Source: Candidatus Rokuibacteriota bacterium
GTDB lineage: Bacteria; Methylomirabilota; Methylomirabilia; Rokubacteriales; CSP1-6
Length of the DNA: 64,000 nt
Assembly: GCA_036802765.1 (NCBI GenBank)
Contig: DAIRVP010000002.1
Span: 4,152 to 68,151, forward strand
Direction of reading: 5' to 3'
Shown: positions 55,242 to 64,000 of the stretch, in pieces
How positions within the stretch are numbered: position 1 is the first letter of the stretch
How the letters are laid out: each line of letters begins with the position of its first letter
Translations under genes and position numbers: made by a program
Notes under the pieces: generated by a model
Seen by the model: only the letters and a program-made list of their open reading frames with translations
Told to the model about the DNA's origin: nothing
Databases searched by the model: none

Positions 55242-55724
55242 TCAGCGACCAGTACCGGTCGCGCCCCCGAGCGCACCGGCGCCCAGCGGTGATGTCGACG
55301 TCGTCCCGGTCGTTCCGAACGTCGAAGGGCCGGGCAACGCGCCGGTGATCGAGCTTCCGGACTGGAACGGCGTGGCGCCTAGCGTGCCTGGGATACCGCC
55401 AGTGATCGAACCGCCGGAGACGTTCGGCGTGCCGCCGAGCGTGCCGGGAATGCCGCCGGTCATGGACGGAGTGATGACTGGGTTTACCGGGGGAGCGAAG
55501 CCGGGGACCAGCGACGGAGTGACGCTCGGATTGATCGACGGAATGAGCCCCGGCGTCAACGATGGCGTGAGGCTTCCGGTCACCGAGGGACTGATGCCCG
55601 ATGAAATGCCCGGTGAGGTTGCGAACGGGCTCACGGGAGCCTGCGCGAACGCCGGAGCGATGAAGAGTGCGATCGAACCGAGAATCGCCACGAGAAAACT
55701 GAACAACAGCATCTGTGCCTCCAA
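55242..55724 (-). CDS. secreted low-complexity Pro/Ser/Thr/Gly-repeat protein
   Basis: Signal peptide (LLFSFLVAILGSIALFIAPAFA) then degenerate repeats (SPSVTGSLTPSLTPGLIPSINPSVTPSLVPG...GGIPGTLG...). Confidence 0.5.
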   Translation of the reverse strand: MEAQMLLFSFLVAILGSIALFIAPAFAQAPVSPFATSPGISSGISPSVTGSLTPSLTPGLIPSINPSVTPSLVPGFAPPVNPVITPSMTGGIPGTLGGTPNVSGGSITGGIPGTLGATPFQSGSSITGALPGPSTFGTTGTTSTSPLGAGALGGATGTGR

Positions 55725-55864
55725 GACGATCGGATGCTCACATCATGTTGGAGGGCGGTCATGCGTTATAGGGCCGGATGGGCACGCACGACCGCTCGAT
55801 CACGACGCGTCTGAGCGCGCGGCGTGTCGGTTTTGCAAACGATCACCGTGTTATTCTTCGTCCG

Positions 55865-56887
55865 ATGTCCGCTCAGAACCTCGTAGGAATGCTGCCTTCG
55901 GAGATGGAAGACCTCGCGGCAGAGCTCGGCGCGTCGCGCTATCGCGGACGCCAGCTTGCGACATGGATCTATCGCAAGGGTGTCGTGGACCTCGAGGCCA
56001 TGACCGACCTGCCGAAGGAGTTTCGGGCGACACTCGCCGCGCGTGTCGTCTCGCGGCTGCCCGACGTCGAGCGTGAGACGCCGTCGCAGGATGGCAGCCG
56101 CAAGCTCGTGTTCCGGCTCGACGATGGCGCACGGGTGTCGAGCGTGCTGATGCCCGACGATGGGCGCGTCACCCTGTGTCTGTCGACACAGGTCGGCTGT
56201 GGGTATGCATGCGCGTTCTGTCTGACCGGCACCATGGGGCTGACGCGAAACCTCAGCGCGGCCGAGATGGTTGGGCAAGTGCTGAGAGCGAACGCCACCG
56301 AGCACGCCACACACTTGGTGTTCATGGGTATGGGGGAGCCGCTCGCCAACTACGCCGAGGTCCTCAGGACGCTGAAGATCTTGACGGATGCCAAGCTCGG
56401 CTTCGGGTACTCCCCGCGGCGCATCACGGTCTCGACGGTCGGTCTCGTGACCGGTATCGAAAAGCTCGGCCGAGAAAACCTCAAGGTCAATCTCGCGATC
56501 TCGCTGCATGCGGCATCCGACGAGATCCGCTCCCGCCTCATGCCCGTGAATCGCGCCTGGGATCTGGAGGCGTTGATGGGCGCGGTGCGGCGTTATCCGC
56601 TGGCGCCGCGGCAGCGCGTGTTCTTCGAGTACGTGTTGCTCGACGGCGTCAACGACGCGCCCGAGGAGGCGCAGCGTCTCGCGCGCCTCCTGCGCAACAT
56701 CCGCGCGAAGGTCAATCTGATTCCGTTCAACGACTGGCCGGGCGCGGATTTCCGCCGGCCGCCGCTCGCGCGGATTCTGGCCTTCCAGTCGATCCTGCTC
56801 GAGGCCGGCGTCACGACCACCGTGCGCTGGAGCCGAGGTGAAGACATCGGCGCCGCGTGCGGGCAGCTGAAGGAGGCCGTGGCGTGA
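55865..56887 (+). CDS. rlmN: 23S rRNA/tRNA (adenine-C2)-methyltransferase RlmN (radical SAM)
   Basis: CGYACAFC radical-SAM cluster motif plus the conserved RlmN N-terminal domain. Confidence 0.85.
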   Translation: MSAQNLVGMLPSEMEDLAAELGASRYRGRQLATWIYRKGVVDLEAMTDLPKEFRATLAARVVSRLPDVERETPSQDGSRKLVFRLDDGARVSSVLMPDDGRVTLCLSTQVGCGYACAFCLTGTMGLTRNLSAAEMVGQVLRANATEHATHLVFMGMGEPLANYAEVLRTLKILTDAKLGFGYSPRRITVSTVGLVTGIEKLGRENLKVNLAISLHAASDEIRSRLMPVNRAWDLEALMGAVRRYPLAPRQRVFFEYVLLDGVNDAPEEAQRLARLLRNIRAKVNLIPFNDWPGADFRRPPLARILAFQSILLEAGVTTTVRWSRGEDIGAACGQLKEAVA

Positions 56888-58215
56888 GTCGCCGCGTTGC
56901 CTTCGCCACGCTCGGCTGTCGCGTGAACCAGGTGGACACGCAGCAACTCCAGGCAGCCCTCGAGGCACGCGGGTTCTCCACGGTCCCGTTCGGAGCCGCG
57001 GCCGACGTGGTCATCGTCAACACCTGCACGGTCACGGCGCGCGCCGAAGTCTCCGACCGGCAGGCGATCCGGCGTGCGCGCCGCGCCAATCCTGAGGCTC
57101 GTGTCGTCGTGACCGGTTGCTGGGCACAGACGAGCGCGGATGAGGTTGCCCGCGAGGTGGGCGTGGACCTCGTGGTCGGCAACGCCGACAAGCCTCGGCT
57201 CCCGCTGCTGGTGGAGGAAGTGCTTCTCGCTCGTCGCGGATCGGCGCGCCTGGAGGTCGGCGACCTGCGTCACGCGCGGATCGCCAGTGATCCCCCCGCG
57301 CGTGCGCCGGGGCGCTCCCGTGCGTTCATCAAGGTTCAGGACGGTTGTCAGCACCGGTGCGCGTTCTGCATCGTCCCGCACGCCCGAGGTGAAAGCCGCA
57401 GCCTCGATCTACTCCGCGTGGTCGATCAGGTGCGCGGGCTCGTCGACGGCGGGCACGCCGAGGTGACGCTCACCGGCGTCGACCTCGGTCATTACGGCGC
57501 GGATCTGGTGCCGCGTACGTCGCTGGCGGCGTTGCTGCGCGCGCTCGTCGACATTCCGGGGCTCCGCTGGCTGCGCCTGTCCTCGATGCTGCCCGCGTAC
57601 TTCACCGGCGACGTCCTGGACATCGTTACGAGCGCGCCGACGATCGCGCCGCACTTCCACGTGCCGCTTCAAAGCGGCAGCGACCGCGTGCTGCGCGCAA
57701 TGCGGCGGCCGTACACGGTGGCGATGTATCGGGCGGTCGTCGAGCGCCTGGCGCGCGCCATTCCACGGTTGGGCCTGGGCGCGGACGTGATCGCCGGCTT
57801 TCCCAGCGAGGGCACGGACGACGCGGCCGCCACACAGGCGCTCATCGAGGCGCTGCCGTTCACGTACCTGCACGTGTTTCCGTACTCCGATCGCAACGGA
57901 ACGGAGGCGGTCACGCGACCCGGTCATATCGACCGGGCGACGAGCGCGCATCGCGCGGCGCGCCTGCGTGCGGTCGGCGCGGCGAAGGCCCTGGCGTTCC
58001 GACAGGCGCTGGTCGGCCGCACAGAAGACGTGCTGGTGCTCGAGACGCGCGACCGCGCGACGGGTGGGTTGGTGGGACTCACGGGAAATTACGTCGAGGT
58101 CGTGTTCGAAGGGCCGGACGCGCTCATGCGCCGCACAGCGCGTGTGCGACTGCTCGCTGCCGACGCGGGCGTGCGCGGTGAGCTCGTGGGGTCGGCGGAG
58201 CGCGTGCCGGCATGA
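56884..58215 (+). CDS. MiaB/RimO-family radical-SAM methylthiotransferase (MtaB-like)
   Basis: MTTase N-domain (VAFATLGCRVNQ...NTCTVT), radical SAM CQHRCAFC and a C-terminal TRAM domain. GTGA overlap with rlmN. Confidence 0.8.
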   Translation: MSRRVAFATLGCRVNQVDTQQLQAALEARGFSTVPFGAAADVVIVNTCTVTARAEVSDRQAIRRARRANPEARVVVTGCWAQTSADEVAREVGVDLVVGNADKPRLPLLVEEVLLARRGSARLEVGDLRHARIASDPPARAPGRSRAFIKVQDGCQHRCAFCIVPHARGESRSLDLLRVVDQVRGLVDGGHAEVTLTGVDLGHYGADLVPRTSLAALLRALVDIPGLRWLRLSSMLPAYFTGDVLDIVTSAPTIAPHFHVPLQSGSDRVLRAMRRPYTVAMYRAVVERLARAIPRLGLGADVIAGFPSEGTDDAAATQALIEALPFTYLHVFPYSDRNGTEAVTRPGHIDRATSAHRAARLRAVGAAKALAFRQALVGRTEDVLVLETRDRATGGLVGLTGNYVEVVFEGPDALMRRTARVRLLAADAGVRGELVGSAERVPA

Positions 58216-59147
58216 ACGGCGCCATCGGGATCATCGGGGGCAGCGGGCTCTATGAGCTGGAAGGCTTGACGAACATTCGCTGGCGTCGCGTCCGCACGCC
58301 GTTCGGCGATCCCTCCGACGAGTTCTGCACCGGTGACTTCGACGGGCGACCGGTCGTCTTCCTGCCGCGGCACGGCCGCGGGCATCGCCTCACACCGACG
58401 GAGCTGAACTTCCGCGCCAACGTGTGGGGGCTGAAGTCGCTAGGGGTGGAGTGGATCATCTCGGTGTCGGCCGTCGGGAGCATGAAAGAGGACGTCCGGC
58501 CGCTCGACCTGGTGATCCCCGACCAGTTCGTGGATCTGACCAAGCGCCGCGTCTCCTCGTTCTTCGGCGATGGTATCGTCGCCCACGTCGGCATGGCGGA
58601 GCCCGTGTGCGGCCAGCTGGCCGACCGGCTCGAAAAGGCCGCGCGCGAGACCGCCAGTCGCGTGCATCGCGGCGGCACGTACGTGTGCATCGAAGGTCCG
58701 CAGTTCTCGACACGCGCGGAGTCGCGCATCTACCGCTCGTGGGGCGTCGACGTGATCGGCATGACGAACATGCCGGAGGCGAAGCTGGCGCGTGAGGCGG
58801 AGCTCTGCTACGCGACGCTCGCGTTGGCCACGGACTACGACGTCTGGCACGACACGCACGCCGCCGTCAGCGTCGAGGCCGTGGTGGCGAATCTCCTCAA
58901 GAACGTGGCGACCGCGAAGCAGGTACTCCGAACCGTCATCCCGACGATCGGTGGCGCACGGGAATGTGAGTGCCCGCGGCTGCTCGAGAGCGCGGTGATC
59001 ACGAACCCTTCGGCGTTTCCCCACGCCACGCGCCGCCGCCTCGATCTGCTGATCGGGAAGTATTTCCCGCTCGACAAGCGGAGTCGGGTCGCGCCTAAGT
59101 CAGGCCACCCGCGACGCAAGCCGGGCTCGCGGACGCCGCTACAATGA
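58212..59147 (+). CDS. mtnP: S-methyl-5'-thioadenosine phosphorylase
   Basis: IGIIGGSGL motif and a PNP/MTAP fold. Carries an approximately 40-aa basic C-terminal extension. Confidence 0.85.
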   Translation: MNGAIGIIGGSGLYELEGLTNIRWRRVRTPFGDPSDEFCTGDFDGRPVVFLPRHGRGHRLTPTELNFRANVWGLKSLGVEWIISVSAVGSMKEDVRPLDLVIPDQFVDLTKRRVSSFFGDGIVAHVGMAEPVCGQLADRLEKAARETASRVHRGGTYVCIEGPQFSTRAESRIYRSWGVDVIGMTNMPEAKLAREAELCYATLALATDYDVWHDTHAAVSVEAVVANLLKNVATAKQVLRTVIPTIGGARECECPRLLESAVITNPSAFPHATRRRLDLLIGKYFPLDKRSRVAPKSGHPRRKPGSRTPLQ

Positions 59148-60130
59148 GCTCGCACGAGCTCGACGTCATCGGCATCGGCAATGCGCTGGTCGACGTGCTC
59201 AGCCACGAGAGCGAGACGTTCCTGGAACGCCACGGTCTCGCGAAGGGCACCATGCACCTGATCGACGAGGCTCGTGCCGGCGCGTTGTACGACGCCATGG
59301 GGCCGGCCGTGGAGATCTCTGGAGGCTCGGCGGCCAACACGATGGTCGGCGTCGCCTCGTTCGGCGGCCGCGCACACTACATCGGCAAGGTGCGCAACGA
59401 TCAGCTCGGCGCGGTGTTCAGCCACGACCTCAAGTCGGTCGGCGTGCAATACACGACGCCGATGGCGACGAGCGGTCCGTCGACCGGACGCTGCCTGATC
59501 GTCGTGACGGCCGACGCGCAGAGGACGATGAATACGTATCTCGGCGCCTCGACGCAGCTCGGCCCCGCCGACGTCGACGCGCGGCTCATCGCACGGGGAC
59601 GCATTCTGTACTTGGAGGGCTATCTCTTCGATCCGCCCGCGGCGCAGGAGGCGTTTCGCGCGGCCGCGGGGTTCGCGCACGCGGCGGGCCGGAAGGTCGC
59701 GCTGACGCTGTCGGATCCGTTCTGTGTGGATCGACATCGCGCCGCGTTCGTCGATCTCGTGGAGCGTCACGTCGACGTGCTGTTCGCCAACGAGGTCGAG
59801 ATCTGTGCGCTGTACGAAGCCAACGAGTTCGACGCCGCGCTGCAGCAGGTGCGCCGGCACTGCGAGATCGCCGCGCTCACGCGCAGCGAGCGCGGCTCGG
59901 TCGTCGTCGCCGGTGACGAGGTGCACGTCATCGAGGCGCAGAAGGTGAATGCCGTCGTGGATACAACGGGCGCCGGCGACTTGTATGCCTCGGGGTTCCT
60001 GTTCGGCCTCAGTCGTGGCATGGATCTGCCGACGTGCGGCCGCTTCGGCTCACTCGCGGCCGCCGAGGTCATCTCGCACGTCGGCGCCCGTCCCGTGACA
60101 CCGCTCGCCGAGATAGCTGGAGCGTCCTGA
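59144..60130 (+). CDS. adenosine kinase / PfkB-family ribokinase-like kinase
   Basis: IGIGNALVDV and DTTGAGD motifs. Confidence 0.7.
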   Translation: MSSHELDVIGIGNALVDVLSHESETFLERHGLAKGTMHLIDEARAGALYDAMGPAVEISGGSAANTMVGVASFGGRAHYIGKVRNDQLGAVFSHDLKSVGVQYTTPMATSGPSTGRCLIVVTADAQRTMNTYLGASTQLGPADVDARLIARGRILYLEGYLFDPPAAQEAFRAAAGFAHAAGRKVALTLSDPFCVDRHRAAFVDLVERHVDVLFANEVEICALYEANEFDAALQQVRRHCEIAALTRSERGSVVVAGDEVHVIEAQKVNAVVDTTGAGDLYASGFLFGLSRGMDLPTCGRFGSLAAAEVISHVGARPVTPLAEIAGAS

Positions 60131-60133
60131 GCG

Positions 60134-60964
60134 ATGGACGTGGCTCTCGACGCCAAATATGCGCGGCTGCTCGAGACGATCCGCGAGCTGGAGAGCGTTG
60201 TGGTCGCGTTCTCCGGCGGGGTGGACTCGACACTCCTGGCGCGCGCGGCCAAGGATGCACTCGGCGAGCGTGCCGTCCTCGTCACGGCCGATTCGGAGAC
60301 GTATCCGGAAGGTGAGCTGCTCGAGGCCAAGCGCCTCGCTGCACTGATCGGGCTGCGCCACGTGGTGGTCCGTACCGATGAGCTGGCGAATCCGGAGTAT
60401 GCCGCGAACGGCGCCAACCGCTGCTTCTTCTGCAAAGAGGAGCTGTTCACGCACCTGGCGCCGGTCGCCGAGCGGGAGGGCTGCCGCGCGCTCGTGTACG
60501 GCGCGAACGTTGACGATCTCGGCGATCACCGACCTGGGATGCGCTCAGCGAGGGAACGTGGCGTACGCGCGCCGATGATCGACGCGGGACTGACGAAGCA
60601 GGAGATCCGCGATCTCTCTCGGACCCTGGGCCTGCCGACGTGGGACAAGCCATCCTTCGCGTGCCTGTCGTCGCGCTTTCAGTACGGCGACCGCATCACG
60701 GCCGAGAACCTCCGCCGCGTCGACGCCGCCGAAGCGTTTTTGAAATCGCTCGGCTTCCGTCAGTTCCGCGTGCGGCACCACGATCGTCTGGCTCGGCTCG
60801 AGATCGCACGGGACGAGATGCCGCAGCTCTGGGTCGACGGCCGTCACGACGCCATCGTGGCTCGCTTCCGCGAGCTGGGGTACGTGTATGTCGCGGTAGA
60901 TCTCGCCGGCCTGCAGTCCGGCTCGGCGAACCTCGTGTTGAAACTGGGAAGAGCCCAACCGTGA
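60134..60964 (+). CDS. larE: LarE, ATP-dependent sacrificial sulfur transferase (PP-loop)
   Basis: PP-loop VVAFSGGVDS motif and a sacrificial-Cys motif (FACLSSRF). Confidence 0.8.
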   Translation: MDVALDAKYARLLETIRELESVVVAFSGGVDSTLLARAAKDALGERAVLVTADSETYPEGELLEAKRLAALIGLRHVVVRTDELANPEYAANGANRCFFCKEELFTHLAPVAEREGCRALVYGANVDDLGDHRPGMRSARERGVRAPMIDAGLTKQEIRDLSRTLGLPTWDKPSFACLSSRFQYGDRITAENLRRVDAAEAFLKSLGFRQFRVRHHDRLARLEIARDEMPQLWVDGRHDAIVARFRELGYVYVAVDLAGLQSGSANLVLKLGRAQP

Positions 60965-61719
60965 ATCCCGAAACGCTGCGCACATTGCTGGACGCCGTGG
61001 CCGCCGGTCGCGTGACGGCCGCCGACGCGATGGCGCGTCTGCGCGACCTTCCGTACGCCGATCTCGGCTTTGCGAAGGTCGATCTGCACCGCGAGCTGCG
61101 CGCGGGCGCGGCCGAAGCGGTGTTCTGTCCCGGCAAGACGCCTGCCCAGGTCGTGGCGATTCTGCAGCGACTCGTGGTCGACCACGCGAACGTTCTGGCC
61201 ACACGCGCGGACGACGCCGTGCTCGGCGCTGTGGTCGCCGCCGGCGTGCCGCACGCATGGCATCCCCTCGCTCGACTCATCGTCGCGCGGCCGGAGCCTC
61301 GCGACGGCGTCGGTCTGATCGTGGTGGCCGCCGCCGGAACGGCCGATCTGCCCGTGGCCGAGGAGGCGGCGATGGTGGCCGAGGCGCTCGGCAATCGTGT
61401 TGAGCGCGTGACGGACTGCGGCGTGGCCGGCCTGCACCGGCTGCTGGCGCATCGCGAGCTTCTGTCGGAGGCGAACGTCATTGTCGCCGTCGCGGGGATG
61501 GAGGGCGCGCTCCCGAGCGTGATCGGCGGTCTCGTCGATCGGCCCGTGATCGCTGTGCCGACCAGCATTGGCTACGGCACCTCGCTCAATGGGCTCGCGG
61601 CGCTGTTGGCGATGCTGAACTCGTGCGCCCCCGGCATCTCCGTGGTCAATATCGACAATGGCTACGGCGCGGCGCACCAGGCGAGTCAGATCAATCGGCT
61701 CGTCGCCAAGATCCGCTGA
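60961..61719 (+). CDS. larB: LarB, pyridinium-3,5-biscarboxylic acid mononucleotide synthase (PurE-like)
   Basis: GTGA overlap with larE. N-terminal LarB-specific region plus a PurE/AIR-carboxylase-like domain (VAGMEGALPSVIGG). Confidence 0.8.
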   Translation: MNPETLRTLLDAVAAGRVTAADAMARLRDLPYADLGFAKVDLHRELRAGAAEAVFCPGKTPAQVVAILQRLVVDHANVLATRADDAVLGAVVAAGVPHAWHPLARLIVARPEPRDGVGLIVVAAAGTADLPVAEEAAMVAEALGNRVERVTDCGVAGLHRLLAHRELLSEANVIVAVAGMEGALPSVIGGLVDRPVIAVPTSIGYGTSLNGLAALLAMLNSCAPGISVVNIDNGYGAAHQASQINRLVAKIR

Positions 61720-61783
61720 GCGCGGCGCCGATGAGCGTCGCATGACGTCGTCGACCTTCCGCCGATGAGCGTCGCGAACTGAG

Positions 61784-62974
61784 ATGTCGCGCGTCATCTA
61801 CTTCGACTGCCCAAGCGGGGCGGCGGGCGACATGATCATGGCCGCGCTGGTCGACGCGGGGGCGCCGTTCGAAGCGTTGCGCGAGGGCCTGCACGGGCTC
61901 GATCTCGGCGGATGGGACCTCGTCCGGCACGAAGTCCGCCGCGGTGATTTTCGCGCCACGAAAGTCGACGTCGAGATCGACGCGGCAGCGCACCATCACC
62001 ATCGCGGCCTCGGCGACATCCTCGCCATTCTCGACCGCAGCCGTCTGGCAGCATCCGTGGCGGAAAGCGCGCGGCGCATTTTCGAGCGTCTCGCCCAAGC
62101 CGAAGCACGGGTGCACGGCACCACGCCCGAGCACGTGCGCTTTCACGACGTCGGCGCGGTCGACGCGATCGTCGACGTCACGGGCGGGGTGCTCGGCATG
62201 CACCTGCTCGGAATCGATACGGTCTACGTCTCGCCGCTGCCGCTCGGCGGCGGCTTCGTCGACGGACCGCACGGGCGGATGCCGATTCCGGGGCCCGGGA
62301 CGGTCGAGCTCCTGCGCGGCTTTCCAGTCGTCGACACGGGAGTCCGGTTCGAGCTCGTGACGCCGACGGGCGCGGCGATCCTGACCACGCTCGCGCGCCC
62401 GGCGATGCGTCCGCCCGCCATGACGCTCGGCGCGGTGGGTTACGGCGCGGGCACGCGGGATCTGCCTGGCACACCGAACGTGCTGCGCTGCTTCGTCGGC
62501 GAAACGATGGACGCCTCGGGCGCGATCGAGACGATCGTGCAAGTCGAGACGACGATCGACGACATGTCGCCGCAGCTGTACGAGCCGCTCGTCGACCGGC
62601 TATTCGAGGCGGGTGCGCTCGACGTCTTTCTCACGCCGGTCGTGATGAAGCGAAGCCGTCCGGGGACGGTCCTCACCGCGCTCTGCGCGCCCGCCCGCGT
62701 CGGCGAGCTCTGCCGTGTTCTCTTCGAGGAGTCCTCCACGATCGGCGTGCGCTGGTCCGAGTGGCGCCGTGTCGCCCTGCCGCGTGAGATCGTGACGCTC
62801 GACACGAGCCACGGACCGATTCCCTTCAAGGTCTCGCGACTGGAGGGACGCGTCGTTACGGTGACCCCGGAGTTCGCCGATGTCGCCCGCATCGCGAGAG
62901 AGAAATCACTCCCCGTGCGCGAGGTGCTGGATCAGGCGCGCGCGGAGGGCCGCCGACTACTGTCCGCCCGTTGA
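61784..62974 (+). CDS. larC: LarC, nickel-pincer nucleotide Ni-insertase (DUF111)
   Basis: N-terminal VIYFDCPSGAAGDMIMAAL motif and the bipartite LarC architecture. Confidence 0.8.
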   Translation: MSRVIYFDCPSGAAGDMIMAALVDAGAPFEALREGLHGLDLGGWDLVRHEVRRGDFRATKVDVEIDAAAHHHHRGLGDILAILDRSRLAASVAESARRIFERLAQAEARVHGTTPEHVRFHDVGAVDAIVDVTGGVLGMHLLGIDTVYVSPLPLGGGFVDGPHGRMPIPGPGTVELLRGFPVVDTGVRFELVTPTGAAILTTLARPAMRPPAMTLGAVGYGAGTRDLPGTPNVLRCFVGETMDASGAIETIVQVETTIDDMSPQLYEPLVDRLFEAGALDVFLTPVVMKRSRPGTVLTALCAPARVGELCRVLFEESSTIGVRWSEWRRVALPREIVTLDTSHGPIPFKVSRLEGRVVTVTPEFADVARIAREKSLPVREVLDQARAEGRRLLSAR

Positions 62975-63034
62975 CAGGCCGCAGGGGAGGTCTTACCCTC
63001 TCTCGCGCCGACTCACACCCGGGAGGTCCACGCC

Positions 63035-63511
63035 GTGAAACTACCAGCCAAGATGACGATCAACGGACAGACCCAGAGCCACGAGGTCGAGCCGCGCCTC
63101 CTGCTCGTCCATTACATCCGCGAGACGGTAGGACTCACGGGCACGCACGTCGGCTGCGATACCAGCCAGTGCGGCGCCTGCACGATTCTGATGAACGGTC
63201 AGGCGGTAAAGTCGTGCACCGTCTTTGCCGTCCAGGCCGACGGCGCCAAGATCACGACCATCGAAGGGCTCGCGAAGAACGGCGACCTGCATCCGATCCA
63301 GCAGGGCTTCTGGGAAAAGCACGGACTGCAGTGCGGCTTCTGCACGCCGGGCATGATCCTGGCCGCCTATCAGATGCTGGAGCGCTATCCGAAGCCGTCG
63401 GAGGAGCAGATCCGCCACCAGCTCGAGGGCAATCTGTGCCGATGCACCGGTTACCACAACATCGTGAAGGCCATTCAGTGGGCTTCGGAGCACATGGCCG
63501 GAGCGAAGTGA
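63035..63511 (+). CDS. molybdenum hydroxylase small subunit, [2Fe-2S] (CoxS/XdhC-type)
   Basis: Plant-type (CDTSQCGAC) and second (CGFCTPG, CRCTGY) cluster motifs. GGGAGG RBS upstream. Confidence 0.8.
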   Translation: MKLPAKMTINGQTQSHEVEPRLLLVHYIRETVGLTGTHVGCDTSQCGACTILMNGQAVKSCTVFAVQADGAKITTIEGLAKNGDLHPIQQGFWEKHGLQCGFCTPGMILAAYQMLERYPKPSEEQIRHQLEGNLCRCTGYHNIVKAIQWASEHMAGAK

Positions 63512-63520
63512 GGTAGCAGC

Positions 63521-64000
63521 ATGGCCACCGCGACCGACACGCGCATGTTCGGAAAGTCCATCAAGCGTCGCGAGGATCCGCGGTTCATCACAGGCCGGGG
63601 CAATTACACGGATGACCTGAAGCTTCCGGGGATGACGTACGCGGCGTTCGTGCGCAGCCCGCACGCGCACGCGAAGATCCGCAAGATCGACGTTGCCAAG
63701 GCGAAGGCGCATCCAGGCGTGGTGGCAATCTTCACCGGCAAGGACATGACCGGCGTCAACTCGCTGCCGTGCGGCTGGCTGCTGCCGGAGCTCAAGGTGC
63801 CGGCGCATCCGCCGCTCGCCGTCGAGGCCGCGCGGTACGTGGGCGATCCCGTCGCCATCGTCATCGCCGAGAGCCAGGACGCGGCGCTCGATGCCGCCGA
63901 GAAGGTGAGCGTGGACTGGGACGTGCGGCCCGCCGTCACCGCCACCGCGAAGGCCGCCGACAAGGGCGCCGCGCAGATCCACGAGGTCGCGCCCGGCAAC
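63521..64000 (+). CDS. molybdenum hydroxylase large (molybdopterin-binding) subunit, N-terminal part (runs off window)
   Basis: GKSIKRREDPRFITGRGNYTDD N-terminus typical of the CoxL/XdhA family. Confidence 0.75.
   Translation, partial: MATATDTRMFGKSIKRREDPRFITGRGNYTDDLKLPGMTYAAFVRSPHAHAKIRKIDVAKAKAHPGVVAIFTGKDMTGVNSLPCGWLLPELKVPAHPPLAVEAARYVGDPVAIVIAESQDAALDAAEKVSVDWDVRPAVTATAKAADKGAAQIHEVAPGN

Noticed and set aside
1-64000. CRISPR arrays, rRNA/tRNA genes, IS elements
   Set aside because: No direct-repeat/spacer periodicity, no cloverleaf-compatible intergenic regions long enough, and no transposase-like ORFs were found. Intergenic gaps are short (mostly under 100 nt).

Overview
This is a densely coding, ~70% GC bacterial chromosomal segment with about 70 CDS. 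No rRNA, tRNA, CRISPR array, transposase or integrase was found. Operon-style 4-nt start/stop overlaps and frequent GTG/TTG starts are common. Gene content in order: a tldD-pmbA-tatD block with two peptidases; two tandem hybrid sensor kinases; a flavin-dependent halogenase at the end of a uppP-containing envelope operon; a GT39-methyltransferase-GT2-membrane-protein glycosylation module; a moeA / TldD-like / rhodanese / PmbA-like / split-transketolase / AlaX operon; a short family-B DNA polymerase; a second GT2-methyltransferase-deacetylase module; PhoD; thrC with a MoaD-like (GG-W), a NIL-domain protein and an aminotransferase; rlmN, mtaB, mtnP, adenosine kinase; larE-larB-larC (nickel-pincer cofactor synthesis) with no larA in the window; and CoxS/CoxL-type molybdenum hydroxylase subunits at the 3' edge. 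The most striking observation is two unrelated genes each interrupted by a single in-frame TGA at the position of the catalytic cysteine. One is a DsbA/FrnE-like thiol-disulfide oxidoreductase (U-P-W-C in place of C-x-x-C). The other is a secreted rhodanese embedded between TldD/PmbA paralogs next to moeA. Both are candidate selenocysteine proteins with GC-rich hairpins 12-15 nt downstream of the UGA. Many long Arg/Ala-rich ORFs in the six-frame track are GC-driven antisense shadows and are not called.
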